DNA from: Marsupella aquatica
Taxonomy: Eukaryota > Plantae > Marchantiophyta
Reading direction: 5' to 3'
Assembly (NCBI GenBank): GCA_973895155.1
Contig: OZ316896.1
Span: 4,965,925-5,029,924, forward strand
DNA length: 64,000 nucleotides
A program made the translations under genes and the position numbers. The notes below the pieces were generated by a model that worked only from the letters and a program-made list of their open reading frames with translations, made no database searches and was not told the DNA's origin. Below are positions 12,401 to 25,698 of the stretch, piece by piece. Each line of letters begins with the position of its first letter. Positions within the stretch are counted from its first letter, which is position 1.

Positions 12401-15400
12401 CGCCCATGTTTAGGGCTGTTCTTGTGAACCTCATTGACATTATCTTGTTGGAAATTCATCCCCTGCTCTAGAGTTTTTCTCTTCCTGCCGCGATTTCGCA
12501 CAGCAATACTTTGTTGATCATCTGTGTGTCTATCAGGAATAAGGGGAGAATTTGGAGATGCCTCAATCCTACTTGAAGGTATACCCCTGCGAGGTCTTCC
12601 TCCATCACAGTCAGACATCATGCTCAGGGCATACAAAGATGTAGAAGGCATCCCAAGTTGCAGAGACGGATCCACTTTCCGGCAACCCCCCAAGAATGGA
12701 TGCACTTGGTTGACCCGCCACACTTTTCCGCACCACTTTCCCGCAACCGTAGCTTTTTTCTTCTTGGACGTCTTTGGTAACCTTCTGGAGTACCGGACGG
12801 TAATCTGTGGGCCAACTCCAGAGTGTGACCTACGGTTTTCTTCAGATTTGCGGGAGAGCCCAAGCCTGCCAGCCATCAGCCTGTTTCTCGATGCTTTCCC
12901 TTGATTCATTCTACTGAACGGTCCGGCTCTGAAATCTTCGCTTGGGTTTTGATCATCATCGGATGATTCACACTCCCTTTCTTTAAACCGATGGACAAAC
13001 AATCCCATTTGCATGACCCAGTCATTTACTCCTCTACCTGCGTCTTCCACATCAACTGCGGTGCTAACCAGTCTAACCTCGTCATCTGTTCCTTCGGTGA
13101 ATGGAATATGTCTCCAAGTGTGCTCCACTTCTAACTCCTCGGTTAGCTGTTTAGCACGATGCTCATAATCATCGAAATCTGCATGATCCCATGCCCCAGT
13201 CATCAGGTCTCCATCACATCCTCAGACTCCAGCATCAGTAGGAACCAAAAAACGAATGCACTTGCAATTAGCTACTGACATGTATGACAACAATTCAAAC
13301 CAGCAGTATAACTATCAAACTTGGAACTTGACAAATGGATTAATGTTGCCTTCCTACGAAAATATTGCAAGGATAAAAGTTCCAGAATCTTTTGATTTCA
13401 GTACGTAAACAACACAGCCTATGAGTAAAAAGCGGCGTTCATAGTCTCCTACCCGAATGGCAAACAATGAGAATATTAGCTCCCCCAACTGACCGCAGCC
13501 GCTCCTGTGCTTCCACAGCATGCTCCAGGCATAGGACCCGGGGTCTTGCCACGCTTTCGCATGCTTCAGAAGCTGTTAGCTTCCGTTCGTGAGAGACACG
13601 AGGGAACGTTTCAGGAATTGGATCCATTTGTTGGGGCACAGCTACTCCATCTTGAATAAACTTCATCCTCATTCTGCCCGCCGCAGACGCATCTTCATTC
13701 AATCTGCCAGCAATTGAAGTTTGCATCGTTTTGGCAGTTGGATAACATGTGCCATTTTCCTTCAACAGAAATTCTGTGGCTATACCCATGTAGTTTGGTA
13801 CAGGACAGGATGGATTGTCCGCCGTCAAACCTAGGGAGCTTGCTGCGTCAACTGTCACATTCAAATGCTTAAAAACCTGACTTTTTGCTTCCAGTACGTG
13901 GAGAGTTGCAGTCTGTTCGGCCCTATCATTCTGACACTCCTCCACGTCAAATGATTCTTGAAGACAGGTAGCCAGAGGACGTCTTAGTCCAAAACCTATC
14001 ATTAGTTGCTCTTCCTCATCTAAATCTACAGTGAGAGCTTGTGAATTGATGCGGTGGTAAAGATCCAGCATGTCCATAACTTTTCCGCAGTGCACATCAT
14101 TTGTTTGATTGTTGAGGTCCCCATCAACACTTGTTCCTTCGCTGCTTTGCTTCCCGGTTCGCTCTTCCGTTAGGGAAGAACCCAAACTGGCAGGATCTGC
14201 CGTGTCATCCTCCATGAAGGAAAAACCACCCGAGATGAAAACCTTCCCCAATGACTTTGGACCTTCTATTAAACTTGAAAAAGTGAACAAAGAAGCCTTC
14301 GAAGTGAGGGGTGGAAGGTCTGTCGGCTCGGTGGGTGGAACAAGAGACAGCCAAGGAACATCTGCAGATAGGCCGACTACATCCGTTAACAAGTCACCCA
14401 CACCAATGTCAGGCTTGGCTAAACCTTCACAGCCTTCAGCTGCTTCGTCAACACCGATATGCTCCTCAGTACATCCATCGCAACCCTCTGCAGTTTCAAC
14501 TACATTTTCCTCTTCTAAATCAGAACTCTCATCATACGTCGAAGCTAACAGCTGCAGTGATGAAACTACTTGTTGCTGAGGAACAATAACTCTGTGTTGC
14601 CCATCATGTTCACCGCAGATTTCAGCTGCATCAGTGCTGCCGTCTACCATGACATCGCTAATCTTATCGGTGAGCAGTGGTTGTAGAGGATTTTCCAAGG
14701 GCTGCTCAAATGCACTATCGCTAGGTTTTGAGTCTGTGGTCTGACAAAGTGACAAAGGAGACAGTGGCTCCAACGTGGCATGATGGGAATCTCTCGAGTG
14801 ACCATAGCCGTCATAGCTTCCACTTCGAAATTCTTCAGCGTTTAAAGGCGCCGGGCTAAGCTTAGTAGCACAATCCACTGCTACGCAATCCGTATTTACA
14901 AATGCTGTAACCCTCCCCACCTTCATTTCTGTTTCGAAGCACATGTTGGAAGTCTGCGAAGTGGGATGTCCCAGAAGCCTGGGCTTCCTGTCAAAATGTG
15001 TGGTTGGAGATATGGGGCTACTGCCTTCCACCACTTCTGAGGGCTGTGTCGTCAAACGATTGAAATGGCAGCCATTTGCTGTAGGAAGGGCACATTGTGC
15101 AGACACTTCAGAAGCACCCGGTTGCCTTACAGTAGCCCTGCACAACTCTAACACACCAGGCTGATCTTGCTTCGGTCGTCCATCAGTATATGCATTCTGC
15201 AATGAATTAGCGTAGTGGTCATCGCTCATCCCAGCCACAGTGCTTGATCTTGGATAGGGAAGCGTTGGGATGTAATTTGTCAACCTCCCAGCTTCATGTG
15301 CTTCAAAAGCACAATGCCCAAGTCCTGCTGCCGCATATATCGGTTTGAAGGTCATTGCTGCAGTAACTGATGGCTCCACGACAGCCATTGTTGCATAACA

Positions 15401-18400
15401 CAATATACCACAGGCCGCACATGGCAATGTTCCCCAATCAATGGCCAAAGATGCTGTCGTTTTCTCATTCTTTGAGCGAATTGGACTCTCACCGAACTCC
15501 TGAGGTAGTTCTCCAATAGCGGACTTATTAGAACTGGCAAGAGGATCAGTCGACCGACAAGAAAGCTTTATCTCTCCAAAACTCCCAATGGAGAGGCCTT
15601 CAAAAACTGCATCTTGTCCTCCCGATGGAACTGGTGTGTAAGATGGAGATTGACTTTGAAAATGATTATGTACTGTTTCCTCTGCATTACTAGCTCCATG
15701 ACAGGGGAAATGAGAAGCTTCACCCCCTTGTGAGGTCAGTTCAGATATCAAAGCTCGTTCAAGGTCGTCCAAAGGAGGTACAGGACCCATAAGCTTTGAA
15801 CCTTCAGACAACGTCTTCATGGATGAGCGGTGCGCGGCATCCTTCGCCAAAAGACACCGTGAAACTCCATTGTCAAGAAGGATACGAAGCAACGCATTGT
15901 TATGGACCGCGTCCTGCACAAACATGCTTTTCACCATCTCCTCACCCACAGACTTCTTTCTCACTTTCAGCCTTGAGCTTCGAGGCTCAGAGGGAGCGCT
16001 GGCAGGCATTCTGAAAAATTCAAACGACAAGCCATATATTTGAACAGTCCGAACCTCAGAGTCATACGAACCAAAAATTAATGCAGTTGGGTGTACAGGA
16101 TTCTCCCGAGCACTGGCTTAATATCGGCATTAGAGATGGTCTAAATGATGGCTATCAAGGCCGCGATGGCCCCCAGATGCCACACAACGCTGTGCGTGTA
16201 CCTTCTCCTGCTACCCATGCGGAGGTAAACTACCCATCCAGCATAATTTCCCTTGGTGAAGGACAAGAGGAATAAAACATTAAGACAGCATTTTCCGTTC
16301 CTAGAATACATTCCAGGCACCATCCATTATTCTTAAACTAAGAAAACATTCGTCATAACCAAAAACAACACACAGTTCCTTTGGGAAATGTCAGACCCAT
16401 ATTGTTCCTGTAATTGGGTAAGCCACACAGATCTTCGGTCAAAAGGATGATCTGACCACAATTATGCACCCAGATATAGCAAAACATACAGTCCCTCCCC
16501 CTCGATGACAAAGTAGACACCAAACTTGCGGGTGCCGCTCTCTCCCATATATGGATCAGAAATCTTATGTTGCGATTATCTTAAGCAAACAATACAATGT
16601 AACTCAAGCATCTTTATAGTATTTTAGAGGAAGATACACACCTGGGTGGCAGAGACATGGTAAGAAGGTATAACAGTTGCTGATGAGAGAGCATTGGGAG
16701 ATAATTCATCGCTGCCCTCCTTGCAGCTGCCTCCTTGGCAACTTCCAACCAACCAGGTGTTGCAAAATTGGCCGCTTCACCACAATTGAACCCTGCGATT
16801 GTTTTCAGACATAAAAACCATTGTCATCAAAATGAGGAATCCCCACGAAGGCCCGTACTTAAATGACAGGCATACACTGACTTCTGCCTACACCGAAAAT
16901 TCACATCTGCTATAAGCTAGCAGCCCAGTCTGTGTGCAACCCTTCTCTCGATTCCTATTCAAGTTGACACGATGAGCATTTCTTTCGTGCTGACTTTTGC
17001 CCAACTCAGGGCAGGAAAGCCCAGAGTTAGGGGATTGGACAGCCAGGGCAAGCCATACATTCACTCTAAAACATGAAACACTTTTAATTACACTTTGATC
17101 TCGAGATATAAATCTACTGACAGGAAAATCTTTCAAGAACAGAACCATGCTAGAAATTACAAATTAGAAACGGTCAAACAACAGTCTAAAGTGTGCCATA
17201 TGTAGGCAGATCACACCCTTCGTCCTTACATGCTTCCAGTTATTTCAGTTTTCCTAGTATATCTTACGGTCAACAATCTCTTACGGTAAGGCTTGGGTGA
17301 GGAGAAAGAAGACGGACCGTGGCTAAAGCCCAAATGATATGCTCGCGGAAATGTAACCACGTACTCCCCGGCATTTTGAACTAGCCTGGAAACAACAGCA
17401 ACAATGAGGACTCCATTAAGTTGCAACAAGCAGAAGATCAGAACCAGCATTTCACTCTCTGCAGATATTATTCACCATAGTCCAAGCAACTCTTATTTCT
17501 AAATGTCTACATTTATTCAAAAGTAAGTAGGGTACCGCACCGGCAACATGGGACCCCGGCAGCGACGAGCACTTCTGGGGACATCACCGTCGTCTTCTCT
17601 CCCAGCAAAGAGAATGCAGCTGATTACCAAACGACAACCGAGGTATCAAATACGTAAAATTTGGTTTCGATGGCTGAAATCCAATTCTAGTGTTGCTAAT
17701 TTGCTAGCATTAATGACATACAAGCGGCATCAGAACAGCAACAAAGGAATTTTAGATAGTGAAGAAGTCTCTCGGATAGAAGACTGCCAAGAGTACTTGT
17801 CAAATGGACACTGACAGCAAACCCACTCTTAGCGCAAGACATCTAAAGACGACGACGTGTCGATCGTCACAAACGGGACACAGAGAAAATGGTTGTAGAG
17901 GAGAGAAAAGCTCAGTACCTCGGGGATCAAGGTGGCCACCATAACCATGTACCCGTATTGCCTCTTCGAGTGCGGGAGCAGCATCTCCTGGTACTGCATA
18001 CCAGGTTTTCGAAGCACCCATATGCAAGTAATTCAAGCTATGAAGCTCGTGATCCTCCACGTGCCAAGCGAACCAGCTAAAAAGCATGCCAATGTAAACC
18101 ATTGGAGACGTGACCCCCGGTACCTCTTCCGGCATGAAACGTAACAGAGACCCCTGACTGCGAGCCATACCCCTCATATTCCAGGCGCTGTTCGCCAATT
18201 TCGAACCAGCGCCCCCTACATTGTCTCCACCAGACTTCCCCGCATCAGAGGGATCAATTTCTTCGACAGTCTCGTCTTCTTGAACCTTTTCTTCGCTCTG
18301 GCACCCCACGAAAATGCTATCGAGATTTACTTGCTCGGCCGCATCCTCAAGCGCTCTTTTCCTCTTCCTCAATCGCGCAGGGTCCGCAAACGCGGACCCA

Positions 18401-19011
18401 GGTATATCATTCGCGTACTCGATTGAAATAGGCTTCTCTGCAGCAGCTCGCCAGAAAAGACTCTCCACCGCCAGTGGCGACACGTCCTTCCACGTTCCAA
18501 GACGTTGTCGGGAGAACATCTTAGCCTTCTGCTCGAACTGTTCCAGACTATAGCTTTCGCCACTCTGCCAGACGAGCTTGTGATTCTGCGAGTGAGCTAC
18601 TCCACGGGCCCGCTTCGGGTTCCATCCCAGCTGCTGTCGCCGCGTCGCGAACTTTGCTTTGCTAGTCGAGTCGGTGCAAGAAGCATCCGGGACCAACCCC
18701 TTGGGTTTAGACAATTCTGCGTTGAGCATGACACCACCCATGCTCCTGGACAATGGAGGAGCTCCAGAGCCATGAACGGCGCTGGCCAATGCCTCCGCCG
18801 ATATGGACAGAGAACGGTTGAGATTATTGACGACGACCTTCTTCGACGCCTTGGTGAAAGGAGGAATAATCTTGCAGATGCCATACTGCTTCGCCTCCTC
18901 TTCAATCTTGAGGATGTACGCTACAGGATCCACAAACTCTGCCTCTGTGGGATGGTACTCCGGAGCCAGTGGCAGCGCCTTCAACCAAGAAGGCAACTCT
19001 GCTTCGCCCAT
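9500..19011 (-). CDS. REF6/ELF6-like: JmjN/JmjC lysine demethylase with four C-terminal zinc fingers (REF6/ELF6 clade, putative H3K27me3 demethylase), about 2357 aa
   Basis: Predicted exons 19011-17919, 17619-17541, 17385-17318, 16792-16642, 16010-13453, 13178-12120, 11769-10201, 9996-9500. All introns GT-AG and phase-consistent, total 7074 nt. JmjN LPLAPEYHPTEAEFVDP..YGICKIIPP; JmjC WFAWHVEDHELHSLNYLH, LVQNAGEYVVTFPRAYH, GFNCGEAANFATPGWL; RVLCLEHA and VAGKWCGKVW motifs; zinc fingers KYLLQHRRVH, FKWAWARTEHIRVH, FRFVSDFSRHKRNTGH. The exon 6/7 boundaries are the least certain. Confidence 0.95.
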
Positions 19012-19872
19012 TCTGCTTCTCCAGCTACAACCAAATCGGTAACTACTCCCTCCCTCTTCTCTTCCTCTTCTTCGCCCTTCCACCTCCTACATTTTGAACT
19101 CCAGCATCCCCTCCTCCCTCGTCCGCTGTCCCTGCCATTCCTCCTCCATCACCCTACCCTACCCTGTCCTCTTCCTTCCAAATTGCCCGTCACAATTCCT
19201 CCAATGCAACAACAAAACCTCGAGCAACGACGGCACTCGTCACATTTCTCTCTCGCACAGACACATACTCCACCAAAGCTAATCGCGCTCGCTTTTCCTC
19301 AGCAAGCAGCAGACAGCGGACTGGTCGATTGGCTGCAGCCAGCGGGCGCGCGACGAGAAGCTAAACAATCAACCACACTCACGCACACACGCAACAAAGC
19401 AGCGGGGTTCCGATGCGAGCTCGCTCGCTCGCAAGCTCGTCAATTATTCTACCGCCTCCGCATTCCTTCCCCTCTCTGTCCCACCCTTCTCCACTACGCA
19501 CCTACAGAGAGGCCCTCCCTCCTCCCTACGACAGTCCTAGCTTCCTCGCTCCCAGCCGCTGCTGCACAGAATCGTGCTTTTCTCTGTGCGTGCCGCATCG
19601 AATCGTGCTTTTCTTTGTGGGTGCTGCGCCCTTGCCTCTCCCCTGCTGCTCGGCGGTACTCCAGCAGAACAGCAGCAGCAGCAGAGCACTAGATCACGAA
19701 CAGTCCCCCTTTTTCTGCGACGACAGGTGACGAAGAACAGCCTACATAGGGCATTAAAATACGCAACAATAGTCCTCCGGAGGCTGCGATCGCAACAAAG
19801 AGAGAGAGAGAGTGTCAGAGGAGGAGAACGGGCAGAGGAGGAGAAGCATCATCATCATCATCAGATGGCAGT

Positions 19873-20110
19873 TGCCGAGCCTGACGCGCTACGCTTCGGT
19901 ACCGTTCCAGCCCTAGCACCGAACCAGGCCTAGGCTGGTACGGTATGGACCGAACCAGGCCAAGGCTGATGCGGTACGCACCGAACCAGGCCAAGGCTAA
20001 TGCGGTACGCTTCGGTGGTGTTCCGGGCCTAGCAACGATAACGACCGAGCCTGACGTGGTACGCTTCGGCGTCGTTCCAGCCCTAGCACCGAGCCTGGCC
20101 GAGCCGGTGG
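19873..20110. repeat. GC-rich short degenerate repeat cluster upstream of the JmjC gene
   Basis: accgaaccaggcc(a/t)aggct x3, tacgcttcgg x3 and gttccagccctagcaccga x2. Confidence 0.8.
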
Positions 20111-20350
20111 TGCCTCGCGGTGCGATCCAGCGGGTAGAGCAAGGCTGTGTCCAGCCCGGCCGCTGTAGCTGATTCCTCCTGGTATACAGTCCAGTAGTAG
20201 AGTATAGTACAGTCCAGCACCACCATTTATACCATACAGTACTGTACAGTTGGGACGATCTGGTTCACGCAAAAACTTCTACGATGCATATTTTAAGGGG
20301 CCCTTAAACCTCGCTGGCTCCGATGCAAAACTCGGTGAATACAGGTTACT

Positions 20351-22909
20351 AAAATAAATTAAAAATGTTCTCAAGAAAATACAAAGAGTTTACAATGCAT
20401 ATTCTAGGGGCCCCTTAAACCTCACTGCCCCGAATGATGCAAAACTGGGTGCATACAGGTTACTCAAATAAATCAAATGTGTTCTCAAGAAAGTAAAAAC
20501 TTCTGTTCTTTTGTCCTCCCCAAACCTGATGGCCAGGGACAGTTCTAGACAAACCACCATATTTTACACTACTCTATAATGTACTGCAACTAGGGAAAAA
20601 ATGGCTTATGTAGGCCTGTAAAGCATTCCCACCCAAATGCGCCATACTGGCAGCTATTGGTAGGCACTAGGTAATGTAATGGTTAAGGATGGGAGGTATC
20701 CCTTTATGAAATATTGGTCACTATATATTCCATGAAGGGATCAGTGACCAACCTTAACTTAAAGGTTATCTAACATTGACAAAAATTATTTTGCAATGTG
20801 TATTGACAACATCCTGAACAGCCAGCTATTGAGCTAGCAGAATAGTGAGCTATTGGGCTGGCTGTTCAGGCCGTGCCCCAAGGGGTTGGGTCACAAAGGC
20901 TGAACTTTTGTTTATAAACATTTAGTATTTCAAACTTGACACCAATAATAGGTTGTTCCACTGCTAAGTAGTTGCTCTAGCATCGATGAGGTCCCGAGCG
21001 ACCCTTTGTAATAACAATACGGCCATTTCCATCAGGCCAAGAACATTTGTGCTTCCAGATCCTCCCCGGCGAAGGCACATCAGTATTGTGGATGACGGAT
21101 GCTGCGCGGCAAAATCTTCTGCCTGCTTGTTCTTGCACCACATCAAAGAGGTTCGACGAGCAGATGAAAGAGGCCGGAAGAATCCTGGTGTTGGAAAGAA
21201 ACGCTGGCCAAGCAAAAAGCCGGGCACAAATATGTGTGCAAACAATGGAAAAATAGGGAAAAACATGGTGAATGCAAAAAAAATGCGAGGGAAATTGGGG
21301 CCATGGCTTTAGCAGCTTTGATCATCGGCTCAGCCCCAGGTCCCAGCATGGCAATAATTATGTTTGTCGCTCTTGGGCCCGCACGCATCCATTATTTGAT
21401 ACTTTCCTTGTTACAAATTAGATGGTGTCTCCTACCAAAAAAGCTCCCAATAATTTATTTATTTGGGTATTCTTTGGTCACATCATAGTGCTAAAATATT
21501 AAGCCCCGCCCCAGGGGTTGCCAAAATGCTCTCAATAAATGATCTTATTTCTTTGGTATTCTTTGGTCACATCATAAGATTACAATACCAAAGCCCCCCC
21601 AGGGAAGTTTGCTTTAAAGCCCGGATGAATTTCCAACACCCAAATGAACTAACAGAGAGCATCGAAATTAGAGTTTTGTTTAAAATGTGACCTGGAAATG
21701 GGTTCTGACCATTTACAACATACTTTCAATTAGTTTCTAAATTGTCTATGAACAACCCTAATGATCGAGCGCGTCCCTCCATGACCACTTAAGCAAATGG
21801 TGGGTTGTAAACAATGTCTATGGCACCGCTTGCCCCAGAATATACCTTTGAGGTCGCTCGCTTTGGCAAAAACTAGGCAAAAAATAAGGCAATGAGAGAG
21901 AGAGGAGGAAGAAAAAGAGAATGAGGAGAATGAGGTATTTTTTCCCCTTTTATGCTAATTTTGCCCTTACCCCTAATTAATGTCATACCTAATCAATGCT
22001 AATTTTGTGCTAACTTTAATTAAAAGCACACCTAACCCACTTAGGGTATGCTAATTTTATAACTACTCTTATTATAAATACACTTAACTCAAATCTTAAA
22101 TAAAAGCGTATATACTTGATTAGAAGATTACATCTTTTTAAACTTATATTTAGTCCATGCTTTGAATGAGCGTATGTTAGTCTCCCAAGAGTGAGGAAAA
22201 AACAGATATAATTTGAAACAAAGATTATTAAAAAGCAAATTATCCACTTCCCTTTTATAGTGTTTCCACCTGAGCCACACATAAATTCTAAGTGTGATTA
22301 AATCCAAAAACTAAAAGAAAATATAAATTTTCACTATGATTCTTTTGAAAAAAAATTAATTTTGTTCAATGATGCTGTCCACAAGTACCTACCCCTTTTC
22401 TCAAGGAAGAAACAAAACATTAAATGCTCCCTCTCACCTAGTTTTGTCCCATGCTGTAGTACATGATAATACATGTACAATACTGTTGGAAAAATATTTT
22501 TCTCTCCTCAATCTAAGTCATCATGACAATAAGTGTGGCCTAGTTACAAAAGACAAAGTCTTGCATACGAAAGTATTTCAGACGAAAGTATTTCTTACAA
22601 ATGCATTTTGGGGCCATTTTTGGGCCCCCATCACAACTAGTGAACTAAAAAGTTAGCCAAAAATAAATCAAAAATGTTCTCAAGAAAATACAAAGCCTTT
22701 ACAATGCATATTCTAGGGGGGCCTTAAACCTCACTGCCCTGAATGATGCAAAACTGGGTGCATACAGGTTACTCAAATAAATCAAATGTGTTCTCAAGAA
22801 AGTAAACCCTTCTGTTCTTTTGTCCTCCCCAAACCTGATGGCCGGGGGCAGTTCTAGACAAACCACCATATTTTACACTAGTACTCTATAATGTACTGCA
22901 ACTAGGGAA
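20351..22909. repeat. 250-bp direct repeats (20351-20597 and 22660-22909) flanking a 2.06-kb insert
   Basis: aaaataaat..aaaaatgttctcaagaaaatac...ctataatgtactgcaactagggaa occurs twice at high identity. No TG..CA termini. The left copy overlaps a ~112-bp tandem unit (about 20271-20495). Confidence 0.9.
20597..20839. repeat. Dispersed ~245-bp repeat, copy 1
   Basis: aaaaatggcttatgtaggcctgta...cctgaacagccagctattg.gctagca matches 34109-34358. Confidence 0.9.
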
Positions 22910-24282
22910 TTAATCCGTGGACCCCCTAGCTTAGGGTTCAGTTGAGCTAAAACATTACTGCGTGTAAAATGTATAAGGATGCAACTAGGGATACTAGAAT
23001 ATCCCAGTGAAAAGGAAAGATTCATGAGACAAAGGAAGATGTTTGAGATGAGGCAAAGCTTTAGAAGGTCTGACTTTGAATATCTAAATTTTGAACTCTG
23101 CACTTTGACGGATGAATTCAAAAGAAAATCTGAGCGCTGCCACCTATAAACAAGTTGGGCAACTAATAGAACAAAATGATATCTATCCAACCATTCATCT
23201 ACCCAAAAGTATGACAAAATAAAATATGCTGGTACTTACTGCTAAACAGAACTGAAGGACTTCTAGCACATACTCTGTCTCATCTGTAATTGTGGAACAT
23301 TTCCTGAAAGGCTGAAACTCAAGTACTGTAAGCTCACTTCTGGAGTGGAGAGCTTTGGTTCTAAATGGTTGAAAATCTTCTGGTAAAATATGTTTGCTAG
23401 AATCTTCTAGAGGAAACCACAGAATATCTTAGGTTGTATAACTTGCAAATAGTATAAGCAAAACAATCAAGTTTGGTGATGCAAAGTGCTCAATAGAGGT
23501 CATGAAATAATCCTGGGCTGAAAAGAAGATGATGTCCCGCTACCTTGGGCACTAAGAGTTGAGAAGTATTGGTACCCACTAAGTTAGCCAGGTTTGAAAC
23601 GCAGAAAAACAGAAAAAACAAGCTAGGGCCGCCTTATCATGAATTCTCTGTCCAAACAACATAGTGGGAGGAGTTGAAGTTGCTATATGGTGAATCCAAC
23701 TCTCATGTTTTGTCTTATTCATATTTGTGTATCATGAATTTTTATTTGAATGTACCTTAACAAGGGGCATCCTTTGTATCACATAGACTTTTAATTCATT
23801 TTTGGACCCCTTTAAATTTTTGATATTCTATAGTGTTTTTAATTTATTTTGGCAGCCCCCTTAATTTGTATAATTTGTAAACATTGTTTAGTCCTAGAGA
23901 GAAACTAAGGGTTTCATTTTCTACCGCTTTTAAGTATACTCATGAGTGAGAGGAATGATTCTAGGAAATGTCAGCACATCCTGTCTTAAACTCCCCTTGT
24001 GACTTTCTTTCCTAAGTTTATGGTTTTTATTGAATAAGAGTCATTAATAAGACACACTGAAATACGTGCACCACAACTCGTAGGATCTTTGTGTAATAGA
24101 ATTGTACTTTCCATTGGTCAATGTGCTTTTATTGCATGTGCTTTATTTTTGTTATAATCCCCACGTCTAGTCACTGTTTACCCTGGTTAAGTCACCCTAA
24201 CCAGGGGTGTACATGATACATACACCTATATATAAAACCTCCCGGACTAGAAGATCTGTTGGAGACTCATTACCTCACGACA

Positions 24283-24296
24283 CGTTATCAGCACGA
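24283..24296 (+). promoter_or_regulatory. Primer-binding site complementary to the anticodon arm of tRNA-Ile (half-tRNA primer)
   Basis: CGTTATCAGCACGA lies directly after the LTR CA and lacks the usual TGG. Its reverse complement TCGTGCTGATAACG resembles the tRNA-Ile anticodon stem-loop, as described for the Bianca lineage. Confidence 0.8.
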
Positions 24297-25698
24297 GACT
24301 CACCGAGGCTGAGCAAGGAGGCTAAGATTTTTTTCGAGGACCCAGCGGAGCGCAAGAAATTAAGAAAAGCAAGAATCAAGACTCATAAGGAAACAGATCG
24401 ATAAGGCTTAAAGGAAAGGATAGGGGAGATGAATGCCCGATGACGAATGAAGGAAACAGACCCGAAAAGTGATAAGAGGAGCGCGAGAGGTTGAGAAGCA
24501 GAGAAACAAGGGCAGAGAAACAAAAACAACATTCATAAGGATATGCCAAAAGATAACAACGGAGCACCGAGCGCAGAAAATTGAATTGCAATGGTGAATG
24601 GGATTGTATAAGATTAACGATCAGACTGAGCGGAGTGAATCGAGAAGAACCAATAGAAAACAAAAAGAGTAGGCAGGATTGAATGAGAACGATTAGTAGC
24701 AAGGCGAATCCAGGAATCATGAGGAAATCAGAATTGAGAGACTAGGATCGAAGATCTGTAAGAGCCGAAAAAGGAAAAGACAGACAGCACCAAAATTTCA
24801 AAGAAATGCCACAGGGACATTGAGACTTGAACTCGTAAGGACAGAACAACAAAGAGGCAAAGAAACTTGAGAGGGGCTATGGAGATTCCAGGAAATGGTT
24901 GGATTTAAAGGAAGACGAATTCAGGATAGCGTTGTGACACAGGCGAAGGAAGGCGCAGCCCTACCATTTGATCCTCTGACCATCAAAAAGGCAGTCCCAT
25001 GGAGCTTGTGTAGAAATAAGGCGAAGAAAGCGCTCAGGAAAGTCACAGCGAGAATCGGTACCTTGAGAATCTGGAAGAAACTATCGACAAAGAGAAGCAA
25101 AGGAGCAACCGGGGTTGATTGGAGAACCTCAAGAAGACATTGCTCGAGAGAGGATATGAAATCGTGATCGAAGGAGCCCCGGAAGCAAGACGGCACCTCG
25201 ACAAATCTCGCAACAAAATTGCCAAAACATCGAGAAAACCTCGAGAACCGCTGCTAAGTGCAAAACCTCTTTAACTGCAAAATCCGTCAAAGAAATGTCA
25301 ATTACAAAGGAAAAGTTGCACTTAACCAAATAAGCGCACATAACCGCAAAACCTCCATAACTGCATCCCGTAACAAAGAAAATTAACTTTACAAAGCCGA
25401 AAGTGCAATTAACCAGGGTACGAGTAAAGAATCACCCATAACTGCACAGACTGCAAAACTTCATTACTACACAGTTTAACAAAGGGAAAGAGCAAATACA
25501 AAGGAAACTTTGCAATTAACCAAATACCAAGGAAAACCTAAATCCTAAGTGCAAACCCTAAAATTGAATTTTGGATTTGCATGCTCTCTCCACCCAGCCC
25601 CACCTTGCATGCCGCAGAAATATGCTTTGTCATTTCCTACTATACCTACTAGTAAATAAGCCTAAAGTACCACTAAAAGGAATCAAGCCACCACCCCA

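Noticed and set aside
10052-16030. The 863-, 404- and 607-aa ORFs as separate genes
   Set aside because: They join through phase-compatible GT-AG introns into the single JmjC-zinc finger gene.
18997-19004. CTCTGYTY (REF6 motif) in the demethylase's own first exon suggesting autoregulation
   Set aside because: A single degenerate 8-mer is expected by chance, and I saw no cluster.
18505-19692. 395-aa ORF antisense to JmjC exon 1 and its 5' UTR
   Set aside because: It starts at TTG and gives a low-complexity P/L/S/R-rich translation. This is the expected shadow of GC-rich coding and CT-rich UTR sequence.
20351-22909. TRIM/LTR element interpretation of the 250-bp direct repeats
   Set aside because: No TG..CA ends, PBS, PPT or 5-bp TSD.
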